NCBI RefSeq assembly: GCF_009914755.1
Contig: NC_060933.1
DNA length: 64,000 nucleotides
Source of the DNA: the human T2T-CHM13v2.0 reference genome, Homo sapiens
Direction: 5' to 3' (one strand)
Under the pieces are notes generated by a model. It was not told the DNA's origin. It saw nothing but the letters and a program-made list of their open reading frames with translations, and made no database searches. A program made the translations under genes and the position numbers. Positions 15,398 to 32,018 of this stretch are shown piece by piece. Position 1 is the stretch's first letter. Each line of letters opens with the position of its first letter.

Positions 15398-15467
15398 GGC
15401 CAGGCGTGGTGGCTCATGCCTGTCGTCCCGGCACTTTTGGAGGCCGAGGCGGGCAGATCACCTGAGG
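15398..15467 (+). mobile_element. Alu 5' stub (70 bp)
   Basis: GGCCAGGCGTGGTGGCTCATGCCTG...GCAGATCACCTGAGG, then abrupt loss of Alu similarity. Confidence 0.85.
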
Positions 15468-17080
15468 CGCCAAGCTTTGGTCCGTAGAGCAATTATCCCA
15501 GGCACAATAACCTTTCCAGAACCTAGGACTCAGTGCTTCCAAAGTCATCACAGACTTGGGGGATCTGAGAGAAGGAAGGTTGATGGGGAAACTCTTCTGG
15601 GCTTTGCTTTCAGGCACTGCCAGCCAGTCAACGCCTGTGGCTCACCTCCATGACCTAAGATCACAGTCAGGGGAAGAGCTCCCTGAGCAACACATCCATT
15701 CTGAGAGTGTGCCCTCTACAACTCCAGGGCACATGCCAACCTCTAGAGCCCCTAAGTGCCGTGTCCTCTCAGAGCTTTCTGGATCGAGCAGGGTCTCTGT
15801 GTAGAACATGGTCCCCACACGCTTGTGAGCAGCCGTTTCCTGCCCATCTCCCTCGCTGTTCCCATTGCCCCTTGTTGTGGAATTTCTCAGACCTAAGACT
15901 CGCCTTCCAGGGAAGCCTTCTCCTGCCTCTATATTAAGCCAACTGGAGACCATGCCCAGGGCTTGGCTGTGGAGCCTGTGGGAACCCCCCGAATCCAGGG
16001 CAAGGGTCCGCATGCCCCCTGGGCCCTGCGTGTAAAATGGAGCCTGGAGGAGCTGACCTGGCCCTGCCCATCAGGACTGCCCCAATTACACACCTGGATT
16101 CTTGGAAGGCCCCTATGCCCCCTGGGTGGAAGGATACTGAAAACGCTCTTTGTCTACAATTGGATCCTTGCCCCACCTGCCCACCAAGGCCTCTGAAGCC
16201 CACCAGCACATGGCTAGGACCCTCCTCTGACCCCACTGGGCACCTGAGGGATGGCACTGCTTGTGAGGGCTCGCCAGGCCCAAGGCCCTCTGCCAGGACC
16301 CTGCCTCTCTAGAAGTGAAACCTTGCGTGGTACAGGCAGCTGTCCACTTATGGACCAGGCCAGCTCCGTGGCTGTGACCTGATAAGATAAAAAGTCCACA
16401 TGCCCAGTTCTGGCCCGCCAGGCTCACAAAGCCCCTGCCTCCTGCCTTGCCAGTGCCAGAAGCCACAGTAGTCAGTGCTGTGTTATTTTTCTAGATATCA
16501 TTCCTTAGGAACCAAGGCCCAAGGCACCAGATGATTTTGGTGTATCTTGACTCACATCTGCAAATTTGCAGGCCTCCTTTCCCTTCAAAACTTAGCCCAT
16601 GTTGGGGCAGGTCAAGAAGACAGTGCCTTACAGACCAGTGCATCTGTAGGAGAAGAGAGAAGATGGCTGAGGGACAGGGAGTGCCTTCCTCACTCAGAGG
16701 CTGGATGGAGCAGATGAGCCTCCACGGGGCGAGCCTCTGCAGCAAGACACACAGGCAGAGCTGCTGGAGAGGAGCGGTGCCAGGCAGGGCCCTAACCTCA
16801 GCTCACCTCGGGAGGAGGGGAAGAGGGAGAGGGCCAGGTGCCCTCCTTCCCAGCTCAGTCTCCCAGCGCCTGCATGCCCCCCAGGGAGAGCCATGGAGGG
16901 CTGAGGCCCGGCTGCCCCACATCAAAGAGGGCTGGGACCCTGATGCAGCGCTTCCGGATCACAGGACGGTGGGTCAGGAGGACGCAAACCCTACCATCAC
17001 CACATAGCCAGAGCCATGTCCATCCAGGGACACGCTACCACTTATGACATGAGTCCCTGAGCCTCAAATCTAACCTCCCT

Positions 17081-18568
<1,488 letters not shown>

Positions 18569-19204
18569 TGAGATGCACAAAGCTAAGCTGGGGGACAGAG
18601 CCTCTCCCTGGCTGCCGCTCCAGTGGGAGAAGCAGACCCTGAGCCTGCAGCCCTTGCAGGCACCTGGAGCTGGGGAGAGAAACCCAGGGCTAGGGCGGCG
18701 GCTGAGGGAGAACTGGGAGGCCCAGGGGTCCACTGTTCTAGACGGGGCGAGCAGGGTGAGGCCGCCAGGTCTGTGCAGAGGCTGGGGATGTGTCCTTGTC
18801 TCAGTATTGAGGAGGGTGTGGGGAGGGTCCGCGTGACCCCAGAGCAGGGTATGGTCAGGCCCTTCCCTGTCACCCATGCCCCTAACCATAGTCCAGGTTC
18901 CCAGGGAGAGCAGAGCAGCCGCAGGCCCACGGCTGAGTGGGGCTGGGATGGAATCTGAGATCCCGACCTTTGCTTGGTTCCTCTGGGCATGCAGGATGCT
19001 ATCTTCCTCCAGGGGCCTGACATCAGGCTGTTCTCTCCCAAGAAACCCTCACCAAAGATGTCCCCCAAATATCGTGATTGTCTTTGGTAACCAATCAGCA
19101 TCGGTCATCCATTCACTTGTTTAACACTTTGCTGAAGGTGGCTGGATTTCCAGCCAGTTCTGCCTTCTGGGGCCTCGGAGTCCCTTCAGTTTGCTTGTTA
19201 TGGG

Positions 19205-19450
19205 TGTTAAATCAGGTTTAGCCTGAAGCTGCCTCCTTACATATTTAAGTTCGGCCTAAGGGTTTCTCTGTACATTGTGAACTACAACAAGCGGAGGTGT
19301 AAACAGATCATAGCCTACACTTGCGCCAATCACCAAGTTTTGGTCAAGCAAATGCAGCCAACTATTCGAACCATGTTCAAATAAGGCAAATCATTCATTG
19401 CTCAATTAAACTCCTATAAATTTAACTTGGCTGAAGTTTTTCTTTTGTTA
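19205..19450 (+). mobile_element. MER57-like ERV1 LTR with an internal deletion
   Basis: TGTTAAATCAGGTTTAGCCTGAAGCTGCCTCCTTACATATTTAAGTTCGGCC...TTCAAATAAGGCAAA joined directly to TTGCTCAATTAAACTC. Confidence 0.75.
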
Positions 19451-21027
19451 TGAGAAACGGAAGCTCCCCTTAGCCCTCACTGGGGGATGTAGGAGCTTGG
19501 GAGAGTGGCTCCTACCTCAGCCAATCTGGCTACATATCTTTACAACCACAACCTGCCACCCAATTCCATTTGAAACCTCAACATATCACAGAAGGAGGGT
19601 CTACAGGAAATTTCCTGACGACCGTTGTTACAAAATGACAGGCTGATGCAGAGATTTCCAATCTTAAATCTCAGATGGTGTCTCAGAAAGCTTTGCCATG
19701 TATCAAATTTCTCAAAACAGGTCAACTGCTTTATCTTAAATGGAGGCTTTATTGGATAATGGTGCCAGCCCTGCAGGGCACAACATAGAACACTTAGGTT
19801 TGGCAGTCAGATTGGCGAAGGCTGCTTTGCTTTGCCTCTTTCCTTTCCACAGGTCACACTGGGCCTACCAGAGGGACCCTTCCGACCCCCCTCACTGGCT
19901 CTGCCACCTGCCATCCCTCAAGTCCATCCCAGGCCCCAGCCTCATCCCACTTCAACATAGGGCACCAACTTCCCCACCACTGGCTTCCTCAAATAATCAT
20001 TGGAAGTTGGCAGAGCCGCTCAAATGCAAAGCCATGCTGTTGGATCAGTTTTCTGAGCACTTTTCTCCCCCACAAAAGAAGTAGGCAGAGCTGTTCTCGC
20101 TTATTTTTTGATGCCGAGATAATGAAATGCAGGGGCCTGCATCCCCCAAGAAGGTAGAGAAGGATGTACCAGCTAGGCTTGCTGGGACTGCCTTGTATGG
20201 TCTCATGTGAGCCTGGACAAATCCGTCAGGGAGGCTGAGCCGGGAGTGCTTACTGGCTGCCTTCCATCCTGGCATCTGATACTTAGGCCTGGGGGCGGGG
20301 GTGGCCATGGGAACAGAAACAGAGCCCGCCTGGCTCAGCAGCTCAGATCCCACAGGGCCTTCGTTCCCAGATGGAGGCTCCTGCCTGTCTGCCCCCATGG
20401 GGCCAGCCAGGCTCTACCCCTCCAGGCGCTGCCTTGACCAGCCTGGCACACAGGCAGCCCCTGGCTGGGCACTGGCCTGAGGCTTGGCTCACCACAGGAG
20501 GCGAAGAGAAGAGTCCTGTGCCTTCTGCATGTGGGTCCTGTCCTCACCAGAACAACCTCAGGCCTGCAATGATGTCTGTCGGAGCAAAGTGGAGCCTCCT
20601 TCCTCCCAGGCTCCAGTGGTCAGTGGCTGAGCTGGGCCATCATGGGAGGGATGGTGAGGCTCACCTGCCAAGATGCAGCTGGCCACGTCATCCCATCCAC
20701 CCACAAACATCTCTAGAGTCCCTGGTGATGGCTGTGCTGGGCACAGCCCCAGCTCACATAGACCACTCTCCTGACACAGCTTCCTCCTGATGCTGCCTCC
20801 TGAGCAGGGCTCAGCCCATGCACCAGCACAGCCCCACCTTCCTCCCAGCCCCAGGGTCCAGGCTGCTGGGGGTGCCGAAAGGGTGGTGCTGCAAATGGAG
20901 ATGAGAAGGGATGGGCACGAGGGCCACACTCTCAGAAGCATCTTAGGGGCCTCTCCATTCCCCTCAAACGCAGAGCCTCAGATCGGGTCCATGTCTGCTG
21001 CAGTTACCTCAGGCGATGACAGCTATG

Positions 21028-21340
21028 GGGTGTGTGTGTCTCTGTGTGTATGTCTCTCTGAGTGTGTGTCTGTGTGTATGTGTGTGTCTTTGTAAGACCG
21101 GAGAAGAAGCAGAGAAGGGAGAAAGACAGAGAGGAGGGAGACAGAGATCTGGAAAGAGGGAGAACCAGAGGAAGGGATCAGAAGGGGAAGGAGGAGGAGA
21201 GAGGGAAGAAAGGAGAGGGATGGGGAGAGGAGGAGGGGGTGGACACAGTTAGGGAGAGAGGCAGAAAGAAGAGAAACAGAGAGGGAGTGGGAGAAACAGA
21301 GGTGAGAGAGAGAAAGGGATCAGAAGGAGAAGGAGACGGA
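21028..21340. repeat. TG-rich tract followed by a ~245-bp GA-rich polypurine tract
   Basis: TG dinucleotides at 21028-21090; mostly G/A at 21095-21340. Confidence 0.85.
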
Positions 21341-21889
21341 ACCTCCCTGTAGCTTTCTCCACCGTCTCTCAGAAATGTTCCTGGGGCTGCCTCTGCTGAA
21401 GAGGGTGCTGTGAGCTGGTGGAAGGAGTGAGGGTGATGGGTGGCAGGGGCGAGGTGGGGGGAGGTGAGACAGAAGGAGCTGAGAATCAGAATGTTCTAGA
21501 ATAGCAGCTTCAGCAGTGTGCCTAGAATAGGGCCCAGAGCATGGCAGGCACTCTGTGAAGATCTGTTGGTCATCAATGAATGAATGAGTGAAGGATGGAT
21601 GAATGAATTTGGTAGGGAGCAGAATGCTTCCATCTACATAGACCTTGGTGAAAATTCACTCCTGGCAGCTGGGCATGGACATGGTGCTGCCTGCTTCCAA
21701 CGCCTGTGGGCATCGGTGGGCAAGACTGATCGGTGGGCAAGAGTGGTTGCCGAAACCTGTCCCCATGTCCCGTGCCACCCTGAGTCCAGGCATGTATGGG
21801 CTCCTATGGGGGAATGTGGCAGACTAGCAAAGGTTTCCCCAGGTGCCCCACAATAAGGGCTCCACCCACACTCCACCAACCCAACCCCA

Positions 21890-23213
21890 GGGAAAACTCC
21901 ACCCAGATCAGCTCAACAGCAAAGGAGGCCAAGCCCTGACCCTGAGCCCAGCCTTTTCAAGCCTCTGTAGGAGCCACTTCCTTTTAGGGCAACTATAAGC
22001 CTGTCCCCAGTAAATTCTAAAGCACTCTTATGTTTACTGGTTTATTACTGAGGTGGGATATTAAAGAAAGAAAAGAGAAATAAAAATTAAAAGGGCAAAA
22101 ACAAGCTGCCTGTGTTAGGCTGGCTCATCTCAAAGGCAATAACAGGCAAAGTTTTGATTACATTATCTAAGGGCCAGAGCTCAAAGGAATGTGCTCTGAA
22201 GACTCTCCCAGCACTCCCTCAACATAAGGATATGAGGAGATCACATTCTCCTATCTCTCCTTTGAGTGTAAGTAAACCTCCCCTTAAATCCCATCCCCTC
22301 TGCTATGTAACTATACCTTGCTCCTTGCTCTGTAAGTTTTTTGAGTTCCTGTTTTTCCTATATTTAATGATCGTAGGTTCCTGCTTTTTCATCTAAGCAG
22401 TATAGCAAAGGTCGCCAGACATGCCTGAGCAGGTCTAGCTTGCAGCCAGCTGGATGCCATGGTGGGGGTCGCAAGATAAGTCTTTGAGAAACTCCTTTGA
22501 ACCAGTCTGGATAACGACCATCTGGACTGCATAGCAAGGAGTATACGTAGACCTCAGTTATGAACCTGTCTTAGTTTGATTAACTGCCTTTGCCTTGCTT
22601 CTGTACATTCGTGTTCGTGCCACTTATGAGTAGGTATATAAGCAAAACCCTGTCATTGTTCAGGGCCCAGTCTTTGGACGTTGAGTCTGCTGGGTCTGAG
22701 TGCACTCAATAAAGATTCTCCTGCTTTACCCGGAGGTCTCTCTTGCCCTCCTGATTTTCTGCAACATTATAAATAATATTACAAAGGATACAGAGAAGAG
22801 ACATGTAGGGTGAAGTATGGGAAGGGGCGTGGAACTTCCATGCCCTCACTGGGTGCACCATCCTTTAGGAACCTCCAAGGGTTTAGCTGTTTGGAAGCTC
22901 TTCCAACCCTGACCTTTTGGGCTTTTACAGAGGCTTCATGATGTGGGCATGAATGACTAAACCACTGGACATTGATGATCACCTCACCTTCAGCTCCTCT
23001 CCCCTCACAGGAGGTTGAGGCTGAAAGTCTTAACCCTCTAATCCAGCCCTGGTCTTTCCAGGACCTGTCTCATCCTGAAGTTACCTAGGGGCCTTCAGCC
23101 ACCAGTCAACTCATTAACATACAAAAAGACATCACTGTGGAGATGCTAAGGATTTTAAGAGTTGTATGCCAGGAAACAGGGTCAAAGACCAAATACATAT
23201 TTTACAATATCAC
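21890..23213 (-). mobile_element. MER21-like LTR interrupted by a younger LTR
   Basis: GTTTACTGGTTTATTA...ATTACAAAGGATACAGA...GGAAGCTCTTCCAACCCTGACCTTTTGG...CAATATCACA. Left boundary approximate. Confidence 0.65.
22049..22766 (+). mobile_element. ERV1-class solo LTR (LTR15-like)
   Basis: TG...CA termini, 4-bp TSD TTAC/TTAT, TATATAA at about 22635 and AATAAA at 22708. Splits the MER21-like element. Confidence 0.75.
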
Positions 23214-24694
23214 AGTCTGTGTGTCCAGCAGCACCTGACACCATTCTCACTATGTTAATGCTTTCCATGAAACAGTGAATAGCTCTATCCATGTGAAAAT
23301 TGAACACTAAGGCACATGCAGATGGGCAAAGACTACAGTGAATCAAATGAGTCATGTGCATAATTTAAGGGGAGTAAAAAAATTGCTAGTCAAGATAAAT
23401 AATTTTTTAATGCAATATTTCCAAGAATACAAATTTAGGCAAAAACTCCATGATGAACTTCAAAATATCAAAATTTTAAACAAAGACAGATCAGCATGAA
23501 TGTTGTACAGATCAGCATGAATGTTGTTCAAAACTTCTAACCACCAGAATGGCACAGTCTATAACCTCTAAGAATGGATGCTGTCTGCAGTGCTGGAGTT
23601 GGCCCAGAGGGCTTTAGCTGTCTGCAGAATAGGGAGGTATAGATGGTCCTAGAGAGGAGGCAGGGGCAGCCCAGGCAGAGAGGGGCATGCAGGGACTCTT
23701 TACCACAGCACATTGAACTGTGTTCACAGCTAATTCTAGACATATCTTCTAATTTTTGTGAAGAGGAAAGGGAGAGAAATTGGCAAATATCTATATAAGT
23801 AAGTGCCAATATTACATAAAAAGCAACAATAGCTAAGCCTAAGTCTTTACATTTCCAAATTTATATAAAATTTGAAAAACTTATATCTGAGTTCTGTTTT
23901 CCTGAGACCACAAATGCTCTTTTAAATAAACTGGTATAAGTAGGCAACAAAGTTAATTGAAAATGGAAAGAAAACTTTTATGAATTTAGATTGCTTTATA
24001 GCAGCTGGAAGGCTTAACACAACAGGAGGCCCTGGACCACCCAGGCAGGACCTGGACGGGAGGCGAGTGCATGGAGCATTTGCAGCAACACAGGGAACGA
24101 TGAGGGAGGGGAGCCTGGGTTTTTAGTGTTCTTGGTGTTCTGTGTATCTCTGTGCCTGTCTCCACAAGGGGCACCCAGGGACCAACTTTGAGAACCTGCC
24201 CTTGTTCCCCTGGCTTTTGGGGAAACATCCTCCAGCCATCCCGGAGGATAGGGCAGGATGAAGTGCCAGCAGCAGCAGAGAAGAGACTGCATTAGGAGTA
24301 ACTGCTCCCCCACCACCAGGTTAGAGCAAAAGCGGGCCCAGCTTCAAAGCCAGGATCTAAGGGGAGGAGGATGGCTACAGATAGGGTACTGCCTGATGAT
24401 GAGGGGGTTGATAGGGTAACTATGGGGACCAGCCAGAGGAAGTGCTTTCCCTGACAAGGGCAGGTGCAAGTCCCCTGGCAGTGGCACAGAATGCTCTTAT
24501 GAAGTCCTGGCTGAGCCCCTACTATCAGGGGCTCCTGGCAGCCCAGTGCCCAACACAGGTGTTTTTCTTGCCCTTCTACTCCATCGCCCCCACCCTCCTA
24601 CTGCCGGACTTGTAGGGATCAGAAGCCAAGGTCGGTGGGTGTGGCTGGTTAGAAGAGATCCAGGCCCCAGGTGTTAATCGGGGAGGCTTCAGTG

Positions 24695-25726
24695 ACAGGT
24701 CTCTGGGAGAGATCCCATATGAGGTCTCTGTGTGTTCTGAGGTGAGTTCTGTGGGGAACTCTCTGGAAGTCTGTAGAGCTCTGGGCCAGGCTTCTGTGAG
24801 GAGGTCTATGGGTCTGTGCTCAGGTGGTGGTGTGGGAGGTCACTGTGTGAGCACCTGGTGACCATGTGTGGTCCCTGTGGGAGGTCACTGCCTGGTGTCT
24901 CTGTGCAAGGTGTCTGGGGAGGTCTCTGTGCAAGTTCTGTGAGGGAGGTCTCTCGTGTGAGGACTCCCTGTGTGGTCTCTGAGGGAGTCTGTGAGGTTTC
25001 TGGAGGGTCCAGGAGGCTGCGTGATGTCTTCCTAAGAGAGCTCTGGGAGATGCCTGGGTGGTGCTGAGAGACGCGCTCTCCGTGGGAGGTCTCTGCATGA
25101 AAGACCTTGTGCTCATCTCCAGGTCTCCTGGAAGTCCTTGGGGAGCTCTCAGTGCTAAGTCTCCGAGTTCCCTCTTGGTTTGAGTCTCAGTCAGAGGTCT
25201 CTCGATGTGAGTCTCTGTGGAGGCCTCTCTCACAGGTCTCTGTGTAGGTCTCTCAGGGTCTCTTTGGGATTCTCTGTGGAGGTGGCTGCATGGGTCTCTG
25301 GGAGATCTCTGTGGGGGTCTCTATAAGTCCCTAAGGGTCTCTCTCAAGTCTCTGTAGCACCTCTCTCAAAAGTCTCTACAGGTCTCTGGGAGTCACTGTG
25401 TGGATTTCTGTGGGGGAATCTCTGTATGGGTCTCTGGGGGTTCTCCATGTGGATCTCTGTGGAGATCTGTGTGGGGGTCACTAGTGGATCTCTGTGTGAG
25501 TTTCTGGGCATCTCTGTGTGGGTCTCTCCCGAAGGTCTCTGTGTGAATTTCTGTGGGGTCTCTGTGGAGGTTTTTGTGTGGGTCTCCATGGGGATCTCTG
25601 TGGAGGTCTCTGTGGGTCTCTGGGGCTCCCTGTGTGGGTCTCTGGGTATCTCTTTGGGGTCTCTGTGTAGGTCTTTGGAGGGATTGCTGTGGGGGTCTCT
25701 GTTGTGGGTCTCTCTCAAAGGTCTCC
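24695..25726. repeat. Degenerate ~12-bp minisatellite (GGTCTCTGTG-type)
   Basis: Dozens of GGTCTCTG/GATCTCTG cores. Minus-strand translations show 4-aa periodicity (RDPH, TETS, QRPT). Confidence 0.85.
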
Positions 25727-26024
25727 AACCCTAATAGGGCCTTGCCTGGAAAAGAAAATGCCTAGGTTCACAGAAACTCAAGGTTCTTTGATGCTGCTTG
25801 AACCTGAACAGACGTTTTATCCAAAATAGCTCCTGCTCTCCAGAGATCTGCCATATCATAAAAGAGTTAGACATAACAGTAGATGACTCTGCCACCAAGC
25901 CCATGCCACTAAGTGATTTAACAGAAGTTACAAAGGGAAATGGAATGATGCACTTGTGGAAATTTACTCTAGGGTTCTCTGAAATTCTCCACAAGGACGT
26001 TTTTAGGGAACTAAACTTTGAATC

Positions 26025-26980
26025 AAGGTGCTGAATGTATGTGTTCCTCCTAAATTGTTGTATTGAAATCCTAACCCCCAAGGTGATGGTATTAGAAGAT
26101 GCGGCCTTTGGGAAGTGATTAGGGCATGAGGGTGGAGTCCACACGAACGGGATTAGTGCCCTTCTGAAAGAAGCCCAAGGGAGCTCAGTTGTTTCTTCTT
26201 CAACACAAGGACACAGAGAAAAGTCAGTCATGTATGAACCAGAAAGCAGACCCCCACCAGACACCAAATCTGCTGGTGTCTCCATCCTGGACCTCTCGGT
26301 CTCCACATGTGAGAAATACATTTCTGTTGTTTATAAGTCACCCTGTTGAATCCATCCCTACAAACGTTATAAAATTAATTAGGGAGGAGGGGAGAGGGAG
26401 AAATGAAAATAAGCTAAGCTTGCAGCACGTTCAGCGTAAACCATGAGGGCAGCTGCTCTCTGACCCCTTTCCTCATAGTTGTTCGTGCCAATTGCCTCCG
26501 AGTCACAGAGACCTCGTCAAAAGATTACAGTCCCCATCACTGCTCTATAGGCAGCAACTTGAACATTATAAAATGTTATGTTTTCCAGGTGAGGGACTCT
26601 GTTGGGTCCTGCATACGAATGGAACCACTGATGCCAGCTGGTCTGAAGGACCCCACAGGAGCTGACTCACCGAAGAACACAGCTTGTACACCCTGATGGT
26701 TTCATCCTCCTTATCCTGACCAATCAACAACCTCAATCTTCTATCCCTCACCCTCCACAATCTCCTTAAAAACCCCAGCTCAGAACTCCTCCGGAAGATG
26801 GGTTTGGGGGTCTCCACTCATCCCTTGCTCCATCCCTGTGATCATTAAACTCTTTCTCTGCTACAAATCTTGCTGTCTCGGTGTAACTGCTCTGTTATTG
26901 TACAGCGGGCATATGCATCCGTTGGTCCTGTAACACCATTTATGGTGCTTTGTTATAGCAGTCTGTATGGACTAAGACAC
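26025..26980. mobile_element. MLT1A-like MaLR LTR split by an inserted ERV1 LTR
   Basis: TGAATGTATGTGTTCC...CCCAAGGTGATGGTATTAG...AAATACATTTCTGTTGTTTATAAGTCACCC [insert] TTTATGGTGCTTTGTTATAGCAG...GACTAAGACA. Confidence 0.8.
26347..26935 (+). mobile_element. ERV1 solo LTR (LTR26/MER41-like)
   Basis: TGAATCCATCCCTACAAAC...ATTAAACTCTTTCTCTGCTAC...CCTGTAACA. Interrupts the MaLR LTR. Confidence 0.7.
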
Positions 26981-27582
26981 ATAGTTGAGAGGTTCTGTAG
27001 AACTATGGGGAAGAGGCAGGAGAAATTTGATTGAAACTGCAAAGAGTTGATATGCATGGCCTCTTCAGAAATGGTAAGTGCACAATGTGTTTTGGTGAAA
27101 AGTAATGCAGTAGGAACTTGCCAGTAAGAATGATTCATCAAAATGCAGAGCTACAGTTTGACTCATGCCTAACAGTAATTCTATTTTCCAGACATGCTAG
27201 TGATGCCCCTTTGTGCTTCAGACCCTACAGTTATACATTATTTATGCCAAGCTTCAGCTTTTATTATTTAAGTATTCGAAGATTTGCATTTTAAAGGTAC
27301 TTAGCACTGTACTTGATCCTTCATAAGTGCTGCATAAGTAAATATAAAGTGAATAAATAACTTCCCACTGTAACCACCAGTTTCCTTGCTACGCTCCTGT
27401 TTCTTAGTTCCACCTAAGCCACTTGCTATTTGGCAATACAGTAGCCTTGAGTTTGAGTTATAGCTCCAATAAAAGATCTTTGTTCAACTAATTAAGGATG
27501 TATTTGTTTGATTTTGGTGATTACTGAGTTAACTATGCAGCAAATTCTTCTGTGATAGAAAATATGTATAAATTGGAAATAA

Positions 27583-27853
<271 letters not shown>

Positions 27854-29792
27854 TCAACAAGAACAATTTATCCAAGAACTCTGTTGGTATAACTAAGATT
27901 ATCTTTTTTATCATATAAAAAATTGTCTTCCTATAATCCGTATGTATAATTGCATAATAACTATAAAATTTGGATGCCTAAGCATTTATGTGTACCAAAG
28001 GGTTCATAGAATCAATAATCTGTACTGTTTCCACTGTTCTTCAAGTAGATTTCTAGATTAACTATGAAGTCCAAAGGAAGACTGTCAGCAGGATGATCAT
28101 TTTTTCTTGCCCACCAGATGCACACTCGCAGCACTCCCCTGCCAGCCCGTATTCCCCCATCCGTTTTCCTCATGCGGAAATTAGGGAAGCAGGAGCGCAC
28201 AGGGGTCCACAAAGGCTGACAATGAAAACACACTGAAATGTACCTCAAGGTCTCTACTGAGACATTCAGACATTGACTATGATAAGGCTGTGCAGCTGAG
28301 GTGCACGAATTTCACGTGTATGCAACATGAGAGATATTTGCAGGAAGTTAAGCTTCACGATGGGAAATGCCTGTGTGGGTGTATTTGTTTGTTTTAAATA
28401 CTTAAGGATGATCAGAGACTATGGGGGGAAAAGCTGTTCTTCCTAAGAGAAATTCACTCTCATTTTCTAAGGAATTCTTCCCCTTTCCTCTGCTTCCCTG
28501 CAGGAAACGTGGAGTGAGACCAAAGCTGTGACTCCAGTCCACACCAGAGCCCAGGAAGACTCCCAGGACCCTGGAGATGCCTGAGGACCAGGGGCTTGTG
28601 GTATGCGGGAAGGAGGGTTCTACAGTCACCATGAGGAACAGCAATTGGCTGTAGTAAAATACGGACTGACAAAGGCAGGAAGGCAAAAGGCACCCAGGTT
28701 CGCCCAGGTGAGATGAGAGGCCCAGTTCTTCCGAGGTAGGTGTGGTGTCCCTCAAAAGCCCCCAGGGTTCTGTTGTGGGCACCACAGTGTCTGGAAGTGT
28801 GTGTGGTTGGCGGGGCGGGGGGGGGGTTTGTCAAGGAAGGGCCTTGAGGCTCATTTCCCCTGCAGCAGCAGGAGCAAGGGGCTGGCACTGGGAAGCCTCG
28901 CCCTCGTTGCAGCAGGCAGGTGGGTGGATGGTTGGATGAACAGCATAACCCTGCAGTGAAGTCTGTGGAGGGAACAGAGGTGCATGGATGGAGACATGCA
29001 CACAGCCCACCAGAGACTGGGAACCCCCACACCCACATGGTCCTCTCATTTATCCAGAAAGGCGAACATCAGGTTTGAGGAGGAATGGAACCTAAAACAA
29101 ATCTTTTCCCTAAATGTGGAGCTGATGCGACCAGTTGTCTCTGCTCTCCAGTTCCTGTTTCTCACACAGAGCGCACCTACTGACCTGGCAGTGGCTTGTT
29201 GGGAGGCGATTCCTTGCATGCCCAAGCCCAATTGCATAGGTCAAGATGAGACCCACTTCTCAGGCTTCAGTTCCCTGCAAATGAAGTAGAACTTAGGACC
29301 CCCATACTTCCCAGTGATCCTAGCAGGCGTCACTGGGGTCTCCACTCTTGCCAGTTAACCCAGTTGACCACATTAGGGACTGTCATGCCTCCCCAGTGAC
29401 AATCTCATAAAGGAGGAAGAGACTGTAGACAGATAAAAGCAGCAGTAGATGAAGCAGATATGCTCTTGAAGATGCATGTTCATGAGAACAGACCCAAATA
29501 GACTCAGATGGTCTCACTCCCATTGAGGCTATATAGAACGCATGACAAAGATATACATGATTTTCAAGGCCACTTTTCAAGTATTAAATAAATGTATCAC
29601 ATAGTGATTAAAAAGTGCAATCTCTAATCCTGAGTTTCTGCTGCCCAAAAGATGTCTAATAGTATAATGAGAACATTTCCTCCAGGGCTCAAAGTATGCT
29701 CCCTATCAGGTACAGGCCAGACATGAGGCCCCAGTGGTCTGGAGCAGGCAGGAGGTGAAAAACAGGACACACTGTGGAGCAGAGAATACAAA

Positions 29793-30156
<364 letters not shown>

Positions 30157-30439
30157 TCAGATCACCCCAAACCACTCCTGGCTCATGGTGGAGCACACAT
30201 GTTCCAAAACTTAGGAAAGTGAGGACTGTATTTGGGGCAGAGAAAGAAAAAATGGATCAGGACAACATATGAAAGATCTAAAGAAAATAAGTAAAGGCTT
30301 AATTATTGTTTTGAAAATAATTTGTCAAAGTGTTTGAGGTTTTTTTACAGCAAGCTCCATAATTCGGTAACTCAAAATTATGTTCCTAATATAAAAATGT
30401 CATTTGGAGGTTTAATTATTTGTAATTTTTATACTTTTT

Positions 30440-31299
<860 letters not shown>

Positions 31300-31311
31300 T
31301 AAGCAATGTGA

Positions 31312-31479
<168 letters not shown>

Positions 31480-32018
31480 TGAGGTCTCTGTGGGAGGAGA
31501 GGCCCCAGCCCTGGCTCATCACCCCCTTCCTGGGGCAGGTGCCTGGGGGCCCAGCCTCCTCTGTATGATCTGGGTGTGATCTGGGAGCTGTGCTGAGCTC
31601 CTGAGAGCCTCCCAGTAGAGCCTGGATTCGCCTGTGGCTGCACCCCGGCCACATGTGCTTTTTCCTCCTTCACCACAGCCCCATGGTACCCTGGCCTCCT
31701 CTCCATTCTCATCCAAAGCAGAATCCTACTGGCAGCTCAGAGGCGCCTGTGGGCCTGAGCCTAGGTGTTCCTTGAGCGGAGGAGCAGGGACTGGGGACAG
31801 CCAGGTTGGAGTCACACAGACAACCCTTCCTTGCATTTCCCTAAGAAGGAAAACAGAAAACATTTCATTCACGGTAAACATGAGTAAAAAGCACACACAG
31901 AGCTCCCTGAGCTAGAGGCTGAGAGCCGTGTCCCTCATGAGCACTGCGTGTGTGCAGCTGGTCTGGGGAGAGGAGACTGAGAACTGGTCCCAGCCCCTCA
32001 TCCTTTCTTGCCTCTCAG

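Noticed and set aside
24816-26321. ORFs of 100-196 aa
   Set aside because: They derive from the 12-bp minisatellite and the MaLR LTR; no recognisable protein family.
28806-28827. G-run (possible G-quadruplex)
   Set aside because: Short and isolated, with no supporting context.
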